Shown: positions 1 through 12,007 of the stretch, one piece after another
Numbering within the stretch: position 1 is the stretch's first letter
How the letters are laid out: each line of letters begins with the position of its first letter
NCBI GenBank assembly: GCA_049999805.1
Contig: JBNGIO010006147.1
Coordinates: 16,864 to 54,712 of the forward strand
Length of the DNA: 37,849 nt
DNA from: Folioceros fuciformis
Taxonomy: Eukaryota
Reading direction: 5' to 3'
The notes under the pieces: generated by a model
The model's input: the letters and a program-made list of their open reading frames with translations, nothing else
Databases searched by the model: none
Told to the model about the DNA's origin: nothing
Program-made: the position numbers and the translations under genes

Positions 1-546
1 ACGAGCCTTCACTCGCCGACGCTTCTCCATTCCCTTAGCATACCGCCACAGTCCTTTGGACTCAGGGAGCCCGGCAACTCGCATACCAAGAAACCTTACG
101 TGCCCACTGGTCACATGCACAAGATGGTCCAACTGGGCGTCTAGAAGGAGATCTGTTTTAACCAAGTCCTGAATCTTGTGCTGAATATCCTTCATTGAAG
201 GTTTCGGCCCCGTGAAACCAACCAGAAACTCGTCACCATAACGAAGGTATCTTATCCTAACTTCTGCATCCCTCTTCCTGTAACTGTAACCCTGATCTGC
301 TTCTGATTCCGAATCATCTGAAACCTCGTCTTCCTGGTCATGAGTGTCCTCCTGAAAGTCATCCATGTCCCGACTATATTCATACTCGTTTTGCACCTCT
401 CGTTTTGCACCTTGCATACTCCTCAAAGTTCTTCCTAACAGGATAGTGTTCACCGCTAAGACAGTCCAGAGGAAGGCCTGCTCCTGCACCCGCCCACTCC
501 GCTTGTGCTGCCCGATGAGTGTACCAAGGACGTGGAGATTCAACAT
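1..546 (-). CDS. Group II intron maturase-like ORF fragment (RT subdomains ~4-7, matR/nMAT-like), 3' end outside the window; may be a pseudogene fragment
   Basis: Manual translation of the minus strand is stop-free from 633 to position 1 (Met at 546): MLNLHVLGTLIG...(acidic insert)...RIRYLRYGDEFLVGFTGPK...DIQHKIQDLVKTDLLL...VRFLGMRVAGLPESK...GMEKRRRVKAR. This matches the maturase YxRYADDxLxG, FLG and matR-type EKRxRVK motifs. It is absent from the ORF track because no stop lies inside the window. Confidence 0.75.
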   Translation of the reverse strand, partial: MLNLHVLGTLIGQHKRSGRVQEQAFLWTVLAVNTILLGRTLRSMQGAKREVQNEYEYSRDMDDFQEDTHDQEDEVSDDSESEADQGYSYRKRDAEVRIRYLRYGDEFLVGFTGPKPSMKDIQHKIQDLVKTDLLLDAQLDHLVHVTSGHVRFLGMRVAGLPESKGLWRYAKGMEKRRRVKAR

Positions 547-990
547 CCCAAAACGTGATTTGGCTGTCCCATCCACTGATGACCAGATATCGCACCAGAT
601 ATCTGGAGGTAAACTTGGGCGATGTCGGCAGACTCATGCATGTTGCTTGTGCTGACGGGATGGTCCCCAATCCCAGAGGTAATATAATCCGGCCCAAGGC
701 GCGTAACTGTGGAAGTTTGATAGGGAGTGGCTTGAGTGCAACCCTGAGTCGCACACAAAACCTTCCAGTCCCAAACCAGAACCCCACCATTAGCTTTGGT
801 CCCTCGCCATTGCTTGACATAATGTACCTACCATCAGGTAAAAAATTCACCTCTCAATCAAAGCCTGCACAATGTGGCTAGTAAACCTTTTCTTCCTGTT
901 GAACCGGAATCGCTCCCTTGTCGTGCAAACCATTCGATGTTTGGATGGACACTGATGGAGGGCACGAAATGTACTTGAGACTCTTTGATG
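545..990 (-). pseudogene. PRP17: PRP17/CDC40 (WD40 step-II splicing factor) C-terminal pseudogene fragment
   Basis: Frame-shifted minus-strand peptides KYIS, PSISVHPNIEWFA, RERFRFNRKKRFTSHI, AGF.xVNFLPDGRYIMSSNGEG, WDWK, SGWDSQITFWD follow the order of the plant PRP17 C-terminus ([32 protein letters not shown]...WDWK...CGWDGLIKYWD). Many indels and stops. Confidence 0.75.
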
Positions 991-1032
991 TACGGGAACC
1001 TCCTTTACGCCCAGGGTTACTCCCTTAATGTG

Positions 1033-1108
1033 CTACATATTAAATGGCTTCCTTGAATGTCTACATATTAAATGAGAGCTTTCTTGAATGTCTACATATT
1101 AAATGAGA
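1033..1108 (+). repeat. Short direct repeats near the pogo left end
   Basis: Three copies of CTACATATTAAATG within ~28-31 bp units. Confidence 0.8.
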
Positions 1109-1385
1109 AATCCTCATTTGTAGATGGGAACATGTCTCCCTAACATTAATGTAAATACACCTATGTAAAAGAAAAAATACATTTAAAAAAAATAAAGAAA
1201 TCATCTTATCGAGATTAAATCATGAGTTATTGAGATCATAAGCATTGTTCCTAGTACATAAGTTATTTCATTGTACAAGTTGTCTTAATGGTGTTATAAG
1301 TTGTGTTATGGTGTTGTAAGTTGTTGTCTTGCTATGAGATATTTTGTATGTGTTCCTTACCCATTCTCTTTGACGTGTAGGAACA

Positions 1386-2381
1386 ATGCCGCCCAAGCCG
1401 CCGCGCAATCATGCTACCCTAACAAAGCAACAAAAGAAAGAGGTTTGCAAATATTATGTCCAACACTCTTGCACACTTAAGGAGTTGACTAAATGGACAA
1501 CATAGAAGTTTTCAATAGCAGCTGCTAAAAGTGCATTATCTAGGATTGTGAATGACAAAGACAAATGGTTGGACCATGTTGTTGGTCCAACAATTAATAC
1601 GGCAGCAATGAAGGATAGACCAGTCGTATGCCCACAGGTTGACCACGCAGTACACGTTTGGGCTCTTGCAATCCAAGCTCAAGGTGCCACAATTTCAGAT
1701 GACTTGCTTCGTAAGTGCATCAAGTTGTATCGTGACTATCGTGACTATTAAGCAGTGGTTATGCTGGTAAAAGCTTGGACTTCATTTGTGAGTCCTCATA
1801 CCATACGCAATTGTTGGAGGCATAGCACTTCGGATACGGAATTGCATGCACAAGATGCTCGGTTCCGTGAGTCTTTGGATTTAAACAGCGCACCATGTGA
1901 TCCAGAGGATGCATTGTCTGATCCTCAAAATCACTCTAATTCATTGCAAACGCAGGTAGAAGAGCTACAACAGTCCATGCGAAGCTTAGCATTATTAACA
2001 TATGAGGATATGACAGGAATTGCTGATATTGGATATCCAACGATGACAGCTAAAGAGTATCTGAACTTTGAGAAGGATGAAGGATTGGAGACTACGTATA
2101 TTCCTACAGAGGATGAAATATGGCAAGCATTAATCCTTCCGCCTGCCAATGAGGAGAATGATACAGCGTAAGTGGAGACCATAGTGCCAAGACCGTGTAC
2201 GACAAAGGATGCTGTAGATAATGCTATGAGGATAGCAAAGATGTTTTTGGAAGAGATGCCACATAATACTCTTGATGCTTTGAAGTTGCATTCTCAATTG
2301 GAAAAACATATTGCTAGTCATTGGATGAAAGCAACTCAACATCAATCAAGGATTGATGATTATTTTAACCCAGCAAACTAG
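1386..2381 (+). pseudogene. CENP-B/pogo-type transposase remnant (HTH domains plus C-terminal tail; DDE core missing)
   Basis: One frame from ATG 1386 with three internal stops: LTKQQKKEVC...LSRIVNDKDKW...VDHAVHVW....QGATISDDLLR (HTH-psq and Tc5 HTH) joined directly to AW..VSPHTIRNCW and a terminal QSRIDDYF. A pyrimidine-rich splice acceptor ends at 1380. Confidence 0.8.
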
Positions 2382-2530
2382 AATTAGGTTGGCAGCTATG
2401 TAGTATGAGGGAGCATTTTAGATTTTTTGGAAGCTTTTAAGCTCTTTCAAAATTTTGATTTAAAGGATTTTTTTAATTTTTTTTCAAATATTTTTATTTT
2501 CAAAAAATATGAAAATGCCTAAACAGGAAC

Positions 2531-2581
2531 CCCTCTAAATGGGACGATTTTTGCTACTCCCAACTGTTCCCAATTAGAGGG
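2531..2581. repeat. Subterminal inverted repeat (hairpin) at the pogo right end
   Basis: CCCTCTAAATGGGA (2531-2544) versus TCCCAATTAGAGGG (2568-2581): 13/14 complementary. Confidence 0.8.
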
Positions 2582-2591
2582 TCTGACTGTA

Positions 2592-2740
2592 CTTTGATGA
2601 CCACTGGAATTCCCTTCCCCTACACGTCCCAAGACTTCAATACGTGTATCCATTTCTCAACTGTATTCATCCATTTGGCAAATAGATATAGATAGAGCTT
2701 GTCGCAATAGATACAGCTACAGAGCATGGGGAGCAAGTCT
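2592..2740 (-). pseudogene. PRP17: Upstream part of the PRP17/CDC40 fragment, separated by the pogo insertion
   Basis: Minus strand reads MDTRI..WDV then GIPVVIK immediately before the transposon; KYIS resumes on the other side (PRP17 has GIPVVIKYIS). The middle WD repeats appear deleted. Upstream limit is uncertain. Confidence 0.55.
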
Positions 2741-4316
2741 GCCTCATGAAAATCCTGTCTCAAGTTGGGGATCCTTCAGTTCATAATCTCCATCCTGTCG
2801 CTTCTCCATCCCCTTGGCTTATCGTCTGATTCCTTCGGACTTCGAAAGTCCACCACAGATCTTATTCCGAGAAACCCATCACCTACCATCCATGTCTTGA
2901 ATGTGTTCATCCTCTCCTTCTCTTGTTATCGAGCTTGTCGATATGGACATGCCCGAAGAGCCTTGAGAATTACGCGCGCTGCCTCGTGGGAGTTCCGTCC
3001 CAGGGACAGGAATCCTTCAGTTCATAACCGTATCGTGTCGTTCTCATGGGTGGGCAGCCACTAACTCCACATTCTACAAGCACAGTCTCACCATGTCCAT
3101 GAGGAGCTCATACTTGCCACTGGAACCACATGGCTACCTTATGATGTTCGTAGCCTCATCATCTATCTCTTTTAGCATCTCAGTTGTGCAAATATCAAGC
3201 CTCCCCTGTCATCCTGCACATGAAGGAAGATTGACGACCATCAGCCCTCTCTCGGGAACGTGACACCCAAACAAAAACCAGATGTTCTTAGGGCTCAGCA
3301 ACCATTTGACCTCCAAGTCGACCTACCCTTGCAAGCACAACATGTGGGAGAGGACCACAGAAGGCAGAACATTCACACCTTAGTTGATGAGGTAAAACCT
3401 GTCTTCTCATATGAGCCACCTTCTTAATCAAGAGCACCATCTCCTCAGCTCAGTCATATCCGACAATAGGGTTGGCCCAAACGGAACTGGATTCAATGTG
3501 GCTTACAAGTACATATTTAAACCTATCCGTGCCATGTTGAATTTTCCCGAAGTGTGTTTAAAGCTTCCACACATCAGCCGCTAGGAATTCCCTCGTCAAG
3601 TCGTGGAGCATCCTTGTGAATTCTTCCTGGCCATGTAGCTCACGCTTATGTCCCATGTCCAGCACCTTTTATCTCTTGACTTGGCAACTTCAGACTCTTA
3701 TCATATGGAAGGCCTATACCAATCAAACGTCAAAAAGACTCTAATACAAGCAACATATATATACTCCCTCGTCGCACGAAAACTGCCGCAACACCAAGGC
3801 AACCGACGTTTCCTGAACCAATTAGGCTTTCAACCAAACAGAAATTTCGGAGCTTCATACTCCAGAAAGCTCCAAAAGCTAAGAAACCAATATTGTTTTC
3901 ATCACCCTTCCCTCTCCCTCTCCTCCTTCCATGCTTCCTTAGTCTGTAGTTTTTGCTCCTAGCTCTTCATTGAGCTCAGCCTCCTCCTTCCAATTCATAG
4001 TATCCTTCCATGATGAATCCAAAAAAGTCCATACCTACTAGAAGTGTTAGGAGAGTGCTTCCCCATAAGCAGTTTCATTTGTTCAATTGCCAATACCCAC
4101 ACTCATCTCCTGCAATTGTAATACTTCCAATTGTATTGTGCACTTCATAACTCTGACTTCTAGTTTGCCTTCAATTAATAATACTTCTAAGTTCCAAATT
4201 AATGTTCGAGGTCTTTAGAACAATCTTCAAGCCTCACTTCTACATTTTGAGTTGGTTAATGACAAGGTGTCTATCTGAGCCATGTCATAATTTATAAAAG
4301 ACAAAAGTATCATGAA

Positions 4317-7261
4317 CCACTTACAAAGTGATTGCCAAAGTCTTAGCAAACAGGCTCAAGCCATTTTTGGACGACTTGTTGGAGGTGGAGCAACGGGGCT
4401 TCATCCAAAACATGTGTATTCTAGATAACCTACTGCTTTTGCGTGAGGCTAAGTTTAAAGCCCTATCTCACCACAAGCCGACAATGTTTATCTCCTTAGA
4501 TTTCTACAAGGCTTATGATTCGGTTGAATGACACTTTCTATGGAGATGTGTGAGAAACTTTGGTCTAGGTAACAACTTCTGCAGATAGATTGCAATTCTC
4601 TGTGAGGACACAGGTGCAATGGTCTCTATGAATGGCTCCTTCACTGACAGGTTTGACATCAAGCGATCGGTACATCAAGGATGCCCTCTAGCCCCGTTCC
4701 TGTTCACCATTGTCACTGACTTCCTTTGGCGGGTAGTTCAACAGGACCCAAGGATTGAAGGCATTCAGAATCCTGACGGCTCACAATTGCGTATCTCGTC
4801 TTTTGCTGATGATATCCTGTTATTCTCATCTGCAGATATGATGTCCTTATCAGCCTTGCTCTCCCAGGTACAGACCTTTGGTCAGCTATCAGGGTGCAAT
4901 GTGAATTGGAGCAAGACTAGGATGATGTGTGTTAACATGCAGGGGGAGCCATCCGACTATGTCAGACACATTATAAGGGTCCAGCCCGGCTCATCACACA
5001 AGTACTTGGGCCTACCATTCCAAGAAGAGGATGAGAATGCTGAGATTGGTAAATATGTTTGCCTTAGGTTCATCAGGAAAGCAATCAGTTTACGCCTGTT
5101 GGATCTGAGTCTTGCAGGCAGAATTGTGGTCATCAGTCATATTTTGACCGCTTCTCTATGGTACTACCTGTTCTTATGGGCCCCTAGCAAGGTAGACCTG
5201 AGGAGGTTGCAGCAGGTTATATCCAACTTCTTGTGGAGTAAGTCTAAGGAGCTGCCTCCTCTTCCTATAAGGTGGCGTGGTGACCTATTATCCAGAGCAA
5301 GCGCTTGGGAGGGTTAGGGCTGGTGGATCCTACATGCAAGATGAAGATCCTTCATGCACAATGGGTTCTGAAAGCAGCGGGCCCAATGGGCTACCCCTGG
5401 AAGAGTTGGTTAACCCAACACCTGCAACAAACTCAAGCGGTTGCCCGAGGGTGGAGATCTATAGACAACTTGGTGGCGAATAGACCCTTGCTTGACACTA
5501 GGGAGTGTTCTCACTCTTTGCTTCAATCTGGTGCAGCTTCTTGGATGTTAAGACTCTTCTTCACCCCACCATACCCAGGAATAGGGATGACGCACTGGGC
5601 CTCCCTCTGCAAGGGTTCAAGGGGCTCTGGTCCCAGGACTTCCTTTTGAGGGTGTACTGTTCCCAGATTTTTGGCTCCGCTGGTAGACAAGGCATTGTGC
5701 AACTCAGGCACCTGTGGAACCGAGTAGACGAAGGATGGAAAACAGCGGAGGAGGTTCGAGAAGAGTTTGGGACTCCAATTCGACATGTGAGACTGATGCT
5801 GTCTTGGCTACAGGAAGGGATGGCATAGGAGGTGAAGCAGGCGTTGTTTCGGCAAGCCCAGGTGGGCATCCACATGTGGGGGGTTCACCCTATGGAAAAT
5901 AGGATGAGAGACTTCGACCAAGAGGAGGATGCGGCCCTCCCAGAGTTCGACCAGGCAGTGCTCGTGTCATCACTGACGGAAGACAATGGGAATCTATCCT
6001 ACAGAACTCTAAATGCAGAAGGGCTTCTAGAGGTTGTAGGCAGAGAGGAAGGCATGCTCGGTGGGGTGTGCCTAAGAGGGATAACTATGCTTTATAGGGC
6101 TAGGCGTGCGGGGCATTGGCTCACCCAGGAAGAACATGACAACAAGAAGCAACATATGCACCAAAATCCTGTAAGATGTTGGTTTCGAATGAAGGAGAAT
6201 TGGGAATTAGTGATGAGACCTGACCTATATATGTGGCGTAGGAGCTTCTTAGTGAAAAAGCATATATAGTTAGCATTTAAGTAGCCAGCCTTATTTNNNN
6301 NNNNNNACAATAATTTTAATTTTATCTCTTTATGCAATCTTGCAACCGATCCTAGTCTGTAATTTTCCACTTCGGAATGATGCAGGCGCACGCGAGATCA
6401 CTCTTCAACTTTCCTTCGGCAGCCATCTACCTCTGATTGGTGCATGCACAGAAATCGCTTCAGCGAAGTCGACTGGCTCCTAGATTGAGGCTCTCCCAAT
6501 GTCGCCAGAAGGCAACGATTAAGCTCCTGTGGTCGACTATTGGGGTTCCCCCCAAGGTGCGGGTTACCATTTGGTGTTTCTTTCAAGCTTGTTTGCCAAA
6601 CGGAGATTGCTGGGACGGGTTGTTGGCAGCCACAGGGGAGGAGTGGTGCAGGCTTTGTAGTGTGGGAGCCTCTCACAAAAGCCAACATATCTTCTTTCAG
6701 TGTGACTATGCGCAAGCTATCTGGATTGAAGTTGGAAGGTGGCTTTAAAACCTTCTCCCAGAGAGAACCAATTTGGTTACAGAACAAAAATATTTCCCTA
6801 TTCGAGCTTGACGAGCGGACAAGAGAGCCTCTTGTCCAGAAGCAGTGGTGGGGAGTGGTTTGGTCTCTGTCTCTCTTTGCGCTGTGGCAAAATTGGACAG
6901 CAATGGTCTATGGCGGTAACGACCCGGTACCAAGGAAAGCTCTACTTTAGCGTATTTGGGAACAGGTCCTGGTGACTGCAGAGAGCATTCGTACTTCCAC
7001 CCACAACAAGCTTAGACGAACTAAGTGGAAGACAATCGGATTCCTTGGGCATAATGGCCAGTGGAATCACTCCTGCCCGTGGGGGAGGTGAGCCACCCAT
7101 CGAAGTGGGTTCTCTCGCTGGCACGACAGATCAGATTTGTTCACGTCTTCAGTCTAGGAATTTGTGGTTAGACTAATGCCTTCGCAGTTGCACCTGCAAG
7201 TGCTGTACTTTGGATGTAGCTTGAGCTACAGATAATCAGACCTTTTTCTTCGCAAAAAAAA
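4317..7261 (+). mobile_element. 5'-truncated L1-clade LINE (ORF2 RT plus zf-RVT), degenerate
   Basis: YKVIAKVLANRLK, LDFYKAYDSV, QGCPLAPFLF, FADD, KYLGLP, GLGL, PPKVR..W, C..C...HIFFQC..AQAIW; stops and frameshifts; A8 tail at 7254-7261; imperfect TSD AAAAGTATCATGAA (4303-4316) / AAAATAATCATGAA (7258-7271). N gap at 6297-6306 lies in an AT-rich interruption. Confidence 0.92.
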
Positions 7262-7321
7262 TAATCATGAAATTACAATTTATGTAGACAGATATGTAAT
7301 AGAATTTTTATGGCAATGCTC

Positions 7322-7912
7322 CATATCATTATTTTTGCACACTCACTAGTGGAACCTAACCAAAAGATTGGCACTAACCAAAATAGTAAGGTTACAAAAA
7401 AAAAGCCGCTACAATTTTGATGGAGTGTGACTCCAAACCCTACACACTAATTGACCATTTTAATGATTATTAAGATTCACAATGTCACAAACTGCTCCAT
7501 GGTACACTTGTTAAAATATGTGTTGCTATTTTTTATTTTAAATTTATATGAACTAATGAGATAGATATAATATACAATTTATGAAAACATAAATATTTTT
7601 TTCAAATGCATCCTTCACTTCATTTGCAAATTTGCACTTCAATCTTGGAAATCATGTGATTACACAATTATTAGAAATCAAATGTTTTTTTCCCTCATAA
7701 AACCCTCAAGACCTTATCATCTCCACTTTGAGGAGATCTTGTTATCAAGGATTGATGAAAAAACAAGCACGTGGGCTGCAAGTGCTCTTACACCATATGG
7801 TGCAAGAGCATGCATGTTACACAAAAGTTAATTGAATATGATCCATCTAAAGCTGTGTGAATTTTCTTTGATCCTCCAAAGTTATAACTATTAATATTGC
7901 CCACAAGTTAAA
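7322..7912. repeat. Dispersed repeat block A, copy 1
   Basis: Aligns by eye with 33641-33663, 33921-34234 and 35605-35780 (e.g. ACACTTGTTAAAATATGT, AAATTTATATGAACTAATGA, TGGGCTGCAAGTGCTCTT, ATCCTCCAAAGTTATAA, TATTGCCCACAAGT). Confidence 0.85.
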
Positions 7913-8394
7913 CCCTTAGCTCCACATAAAATGCACTACAATATATTTCAAGCATAAAACCTCTAGCATTACTATAAAATAGGTGTTTGTTACACTCTTT
8001 TGTCACACTTTTTGGAAGTGTTACAGAGTATAATAAGGAGTAATATGCTTTAGGATTGGCCAATTCCATCTTGTTACACTCTTGAAAATGTTATACACTA
8101 TTACAAGATGTGTGATAGAAAGTGTTTCAGAAACAATACATCACATGTATTATTTTCTATTTCAGAAACAATAACAAACCACTATATTTTATGTTTCCTA
8201 ACTTTAATGCAAGATATTATATTTTATAACAAGCAAATACGTTTTATGCTTCCTCTCTTCAATGCAAGATACTGTATTTTACAACAAGCACCTATATTTT
8301 ATGTTTCCTATCTTTAATGTAAAATATTGTATTTTAAGTGGTCTGACTTTGTTGCAAGATACTATATTTTGTGGACATGAATAGTGCTAATCGG

Positions 8395-8455
8395 GATTAG
8401 TGCCTTTGTCGCTCTTTGAGATTAGTGCCTTTGTTGATCTTTGAGATTAGTGCCC
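8395..8455 (+). repeat. 25-bp tandem repeat (~2.4 copies)
   Basis: GATTAGTGCCTTTGTyGmTCTTTGA repeated. Confidence 0.8.
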
Positions 8456-9038
8456 CTCTCGATTACTATCCTTGCAATTTCGTTGCTCTTCAGGACGAGG
8501 GCCATTATGTGTCTTGTTATGTGGCGAATTCTCAGCATTTGGAGATTTAGGGTCTAGGTTGGGCTCACCAAATTGATAGCTTCCACGTTTTCGAATGTAA
8601 CGTCCACAGGGTTTGCTAGCTGCCACCATTTGAAGGTTTTCAGCAAGATACAAAGGTCCAACCCTTCAAAATGTACACTATTCCTAGCATAGGCACGATT
8701 TTCCATCACTTAAGCCAACTATACAAGCAATAGCAACTAACCACGCAAAGCCCAAATTCAAGCATATTGCAATATCTGCATTGTGATTTCCTTCCACTAA
8801 CCGTTTCCTCCAATTTCCTTCCACAAACCGTTTCTTCCAATCCTATTCTCACCCTCCACTCTTGAGATCCATGTTGTTTGCCTTCCTTTGCTCATGACAT
8901 CCATGTTGTTTGCCCTCCTCTACTTATCCATGCCCCCCACGTCGGACACTCTCTCTTCTAGCTTCTCCAACCTCCTTTGTGTTGTCCTACGTAAGACAGC
9001 AGGAAACCCTTGTGGAACCTCCTTTGTGCTGTCCTACG

Positions 9039-9331
9039 TGAAGGATCTCTAGAGGAGCCACATGGTGAAGGAGGAGATGAGGAGGCAAGGGGGAGAGGAG
9101 AAAGAGAGGTCACACTCTCACACACAGAGTCTCAATAGCAAGGGAGCTCAAGGAGGTATTTATACCCTCTAGAAGAGCTCCCTAGGAGGCTTCACAAGAA
9201 GCGCATAGGAAGCTGCGCAAGAAGCTTTCTACAGATTAGCTTAAGCTAATTTAAACTAATGATACTTAACTAGAACCTAATCTTAAACTAAACACATTAG
9301 TCTAAGCACATTGGGCTTTAATAACCCTACA
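9039..9331 (-). repeat. 3' LTR of the Copia element (293 bp)
   Basis: Direct repeat of 12374-12677; about 13 substitutions by manual count plus an 11-bp indel. Confidence 0.95.
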
Positions 9332-9398
9332 ACCTCCCATTTAAAGGCCAATTTAATCATAGGAGACTGGTCTACCTCATGCCCATGAGTGTCCGAGC

Positions 9399-12007
9399 TT
9401 ATGCGAATTGCTCCGTAGAGAGCTCCTTGGTAAAAACATCTGCAGGGTTCTGACTGGTGTGAACTTTGACAAGCTGTACCCTCTTGTCTTCCAACACCTC
9501 TCGAATAAAGTGATACTTCACTTCCACATGTTTGGTCTTCGCGTGAAACACTAGATTCTTCGCCAATTGGATAGCACTCTGGCTATCACAGTGCAACACT
9601 GGCAGCTCAACCTTGATCCCCAAATCTCCCACTAAACGAGCAAGGCACATGGCTTCCTTGCAAGCCTCAGTCGCTGCAACATACTCAGCCTCTGTGGTAG
9701 ATAGTGTTATGCACGATTGCAAACGAGATCACGGTGAGACTGCCCCTTTAGTGCACATGAAGACATAACCTGATGTGGACCTCTTTTTGTCCATATCCCT
9801 GCATAATCAGCATCCGTATATCCCACTACAAATGCATCTTCACTACAAAAACGTAAGCACAAAGCTCTCGTACCATTTAAGTACCTCATAACTCCTTTCA
9901 CTGCCTCCCAATGCTTCCTGCCAAGGTTTGACATAAACCTGCTAACCACTCCCACTACAAAAGCAATGTCAGGACGTGTAGCAATCATTGCATACATCAA
10001 ACTCTCTATAGCTAATGAGTATGGAACCTTCTCCATTTCAGCTTTGTCCTCCGCAGAACTTGGGCAATCCTTGCTCGAAAGTTTCACCTATGGAGGCAAC
10101 AGAGTACTCAATACCTTCCCCTTCTCCATGTTGAAACGTTGAAGCACCTTGTTAATGTATTCAGTCTGAGACAAGTAAAGCAAATGCTTATGTCTGTCTC
10201 GACGAATACGCATGCCAAGAATATGGCTTGCCTCTCCCAAGTCTATCACGTCAAAGCGAGCATTCAACTTTGACTTCAACGCGAAAATCTCATCACTGTT
10301 AGTCCCAGGAATCAGCGTATCATCCACATAGAGGACCAGAATGAGCAAGCTTCCATCCTTAGCTTGCTTCGTATAGAGGCAATGATCCTCCTCGCTACGC
10401 TTGTAGCCTTGAGAAAGCATAAATGAGTGGAACTTGTAATACCACTCCCTGGGTGCGTGTTTCAAAATGTGAAGGCTCTTCTTTAACTTGCACACCAGAT
10501 TCTCTTTGCCCTTCTCAATGAAACCCTCTAGTTGCTGGATGTATACCTCTTCATGGAGATCACCATGCAGAAATGCCGACTTCACATCCATCTGGACAAG
10601 TTCCATGTCATTCCTCGCAACCAGACCAAGAACACATCGCAAGGTGGTCATTTTGACAACTGGTGAGAAAATCTCATCAAAGTCAATACCTTGCTGTTGC
10701 TTAAAACCTTTAGCAACCAATCGTGCCTTGTACTTGGGTTTGCCATAATCGGGTATGTCCTTAATCTTATACACCCATTTGCATGGCAACGCCTTCTTGC
10801 CCCTAGGCAACCGAACCAACTCCCAAGTTTGGTTCTTATGGAGCGAATCCATCTGTGACTACATTGCCTTCTCCCACTTGTCCTTGTAAGTCACTGACAT
10901 GGCCTTTTGATAACAAGAGGGCTCCCAATAGTCCGTCAGCATGATATAATCAAGAGATGCAACATACCTGTCAGGAGGCCGTGAGATCCTTCCTAACCTA
11001 CGAAGCACTAGAGCCTTGACCGGAGCTGGTTGCACTCTCTCCTCTTGTACAAGTGGAGGAACTTGTTCCTGCACATCACGACGTTCAACCTGTGCGGGAC
11101 GGTCAAGTCCATCTTCTTGAAAGACCACCCGTCGCACCTCCACGGTTGGAGTAGGCTTCTTGTGCAACTTGGTCTCATTGAAGAACATGTCATTGCTGCG
11201 AAGCACCCTCTTGGCCTCGGGATCCCATAGACGGTATCCCATCTCACCAGATTCACCATAGCCAAGAAAAATACATTTTCTTGACTTGGGAGCCAACTTG
11301 TCCCGAAACTCCTTCGGAACATGGTGGTATGCCTCGTAGCCAAACACTCATAGATGCTTGTATGACGGCTTCTTTCCAGACCACATCTGCTCTGGAACCT
11401 GCTCATCCACAACCCTATTAGGAGATCTGTTAATAAGATGCACTGCAGTAACCACTCCTTCTGCCCAAAATCCGTTAGGCAATCCAGAGTTTGACAACAA
11501 ACTACGCATCCTCTCCTCGATGGTCCTATTCATCCGTTCAGCCACACTATTCTGGGGAGGAGTATACAAGGCAGTCAATTCTCTCTTGATTCCCTTGGAA
11601 TCACAGAATGACTGGAAAGCCTTTGAAACATACTCTCCCCCATTGTCTGTCCTTAAACACTTCAGTCGGAGGCCAGACTAATTCTCCACAAGGGTGAGGA
11701 ATTTCTGAAACACTGTCAGAACATCATCCTTTTTCTTCAAAGGATAAACCCACACCTTGCGTGAGAAATCATCTATGAAAGTGACAAAATAGGATGCACT
11801 GCCTAACGATACAGCGGGCATAGGTCCACAAACGTCACTGTGAACCAATTCAAGAGGTTTACTTTTGTGTTTACCTCTTGCTCCATTTGGCGATTTTGTC
11901 TGTTTCCCATACAAACAGTGCTCACATACGGAGAAATTGGAGAAGTTAAAAGCAGGGACGTAACCAAAATGAGATAAGATCTTCATTCCTTTTTGAGACA
12001 TATGTGC
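9399..12007 (-). pseudogene. Copia pol remnant (GAG-pre-integrase, integrase, RT, RNase H)
   Basis: ORF pieces 11678-12007, 11348-11578, 10859-11347, 10088-10852, 9707-10087 and 9399-9722, separated by stops and one frameshift. Confidence 0.93.

Larger units (their letters stand above)
993..2589 (+). mobile_element. pogo/Tigger-like (Tc1/mariner superfamily) DNA transposon, internally deleted
   Basis: Flanked by TA at 991-992 and 2590-2591. Right end reverse-complements to CAGTCAGACCCTCTAATTGGGAAC (pogo-type TIR). Left end CGGGAACCTCC is only loosely TIR-like. Contains a CENP-B-like transposase remnant. Confidence 0.8.

Noticed and set aside
380-850. 156-aa ORF as a real gene
   Set aside because: It threads through frameshifted PRP17 pieces and then an off-frame reading of the maturase segment.
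983-2599. 8-bp flanking repeat as a hAT target-site duplication
   Set aside because: Transposase and right TIR are pogo-type with TA duplication; the 8-mer is better explained as a pre-existing short tandem duplication in the PRP17 fragment.
6258-6390. AT-rich interruption in the LINE as a nested element
   Set aside because: Spans an N gap, so size and identity cannot be determined.
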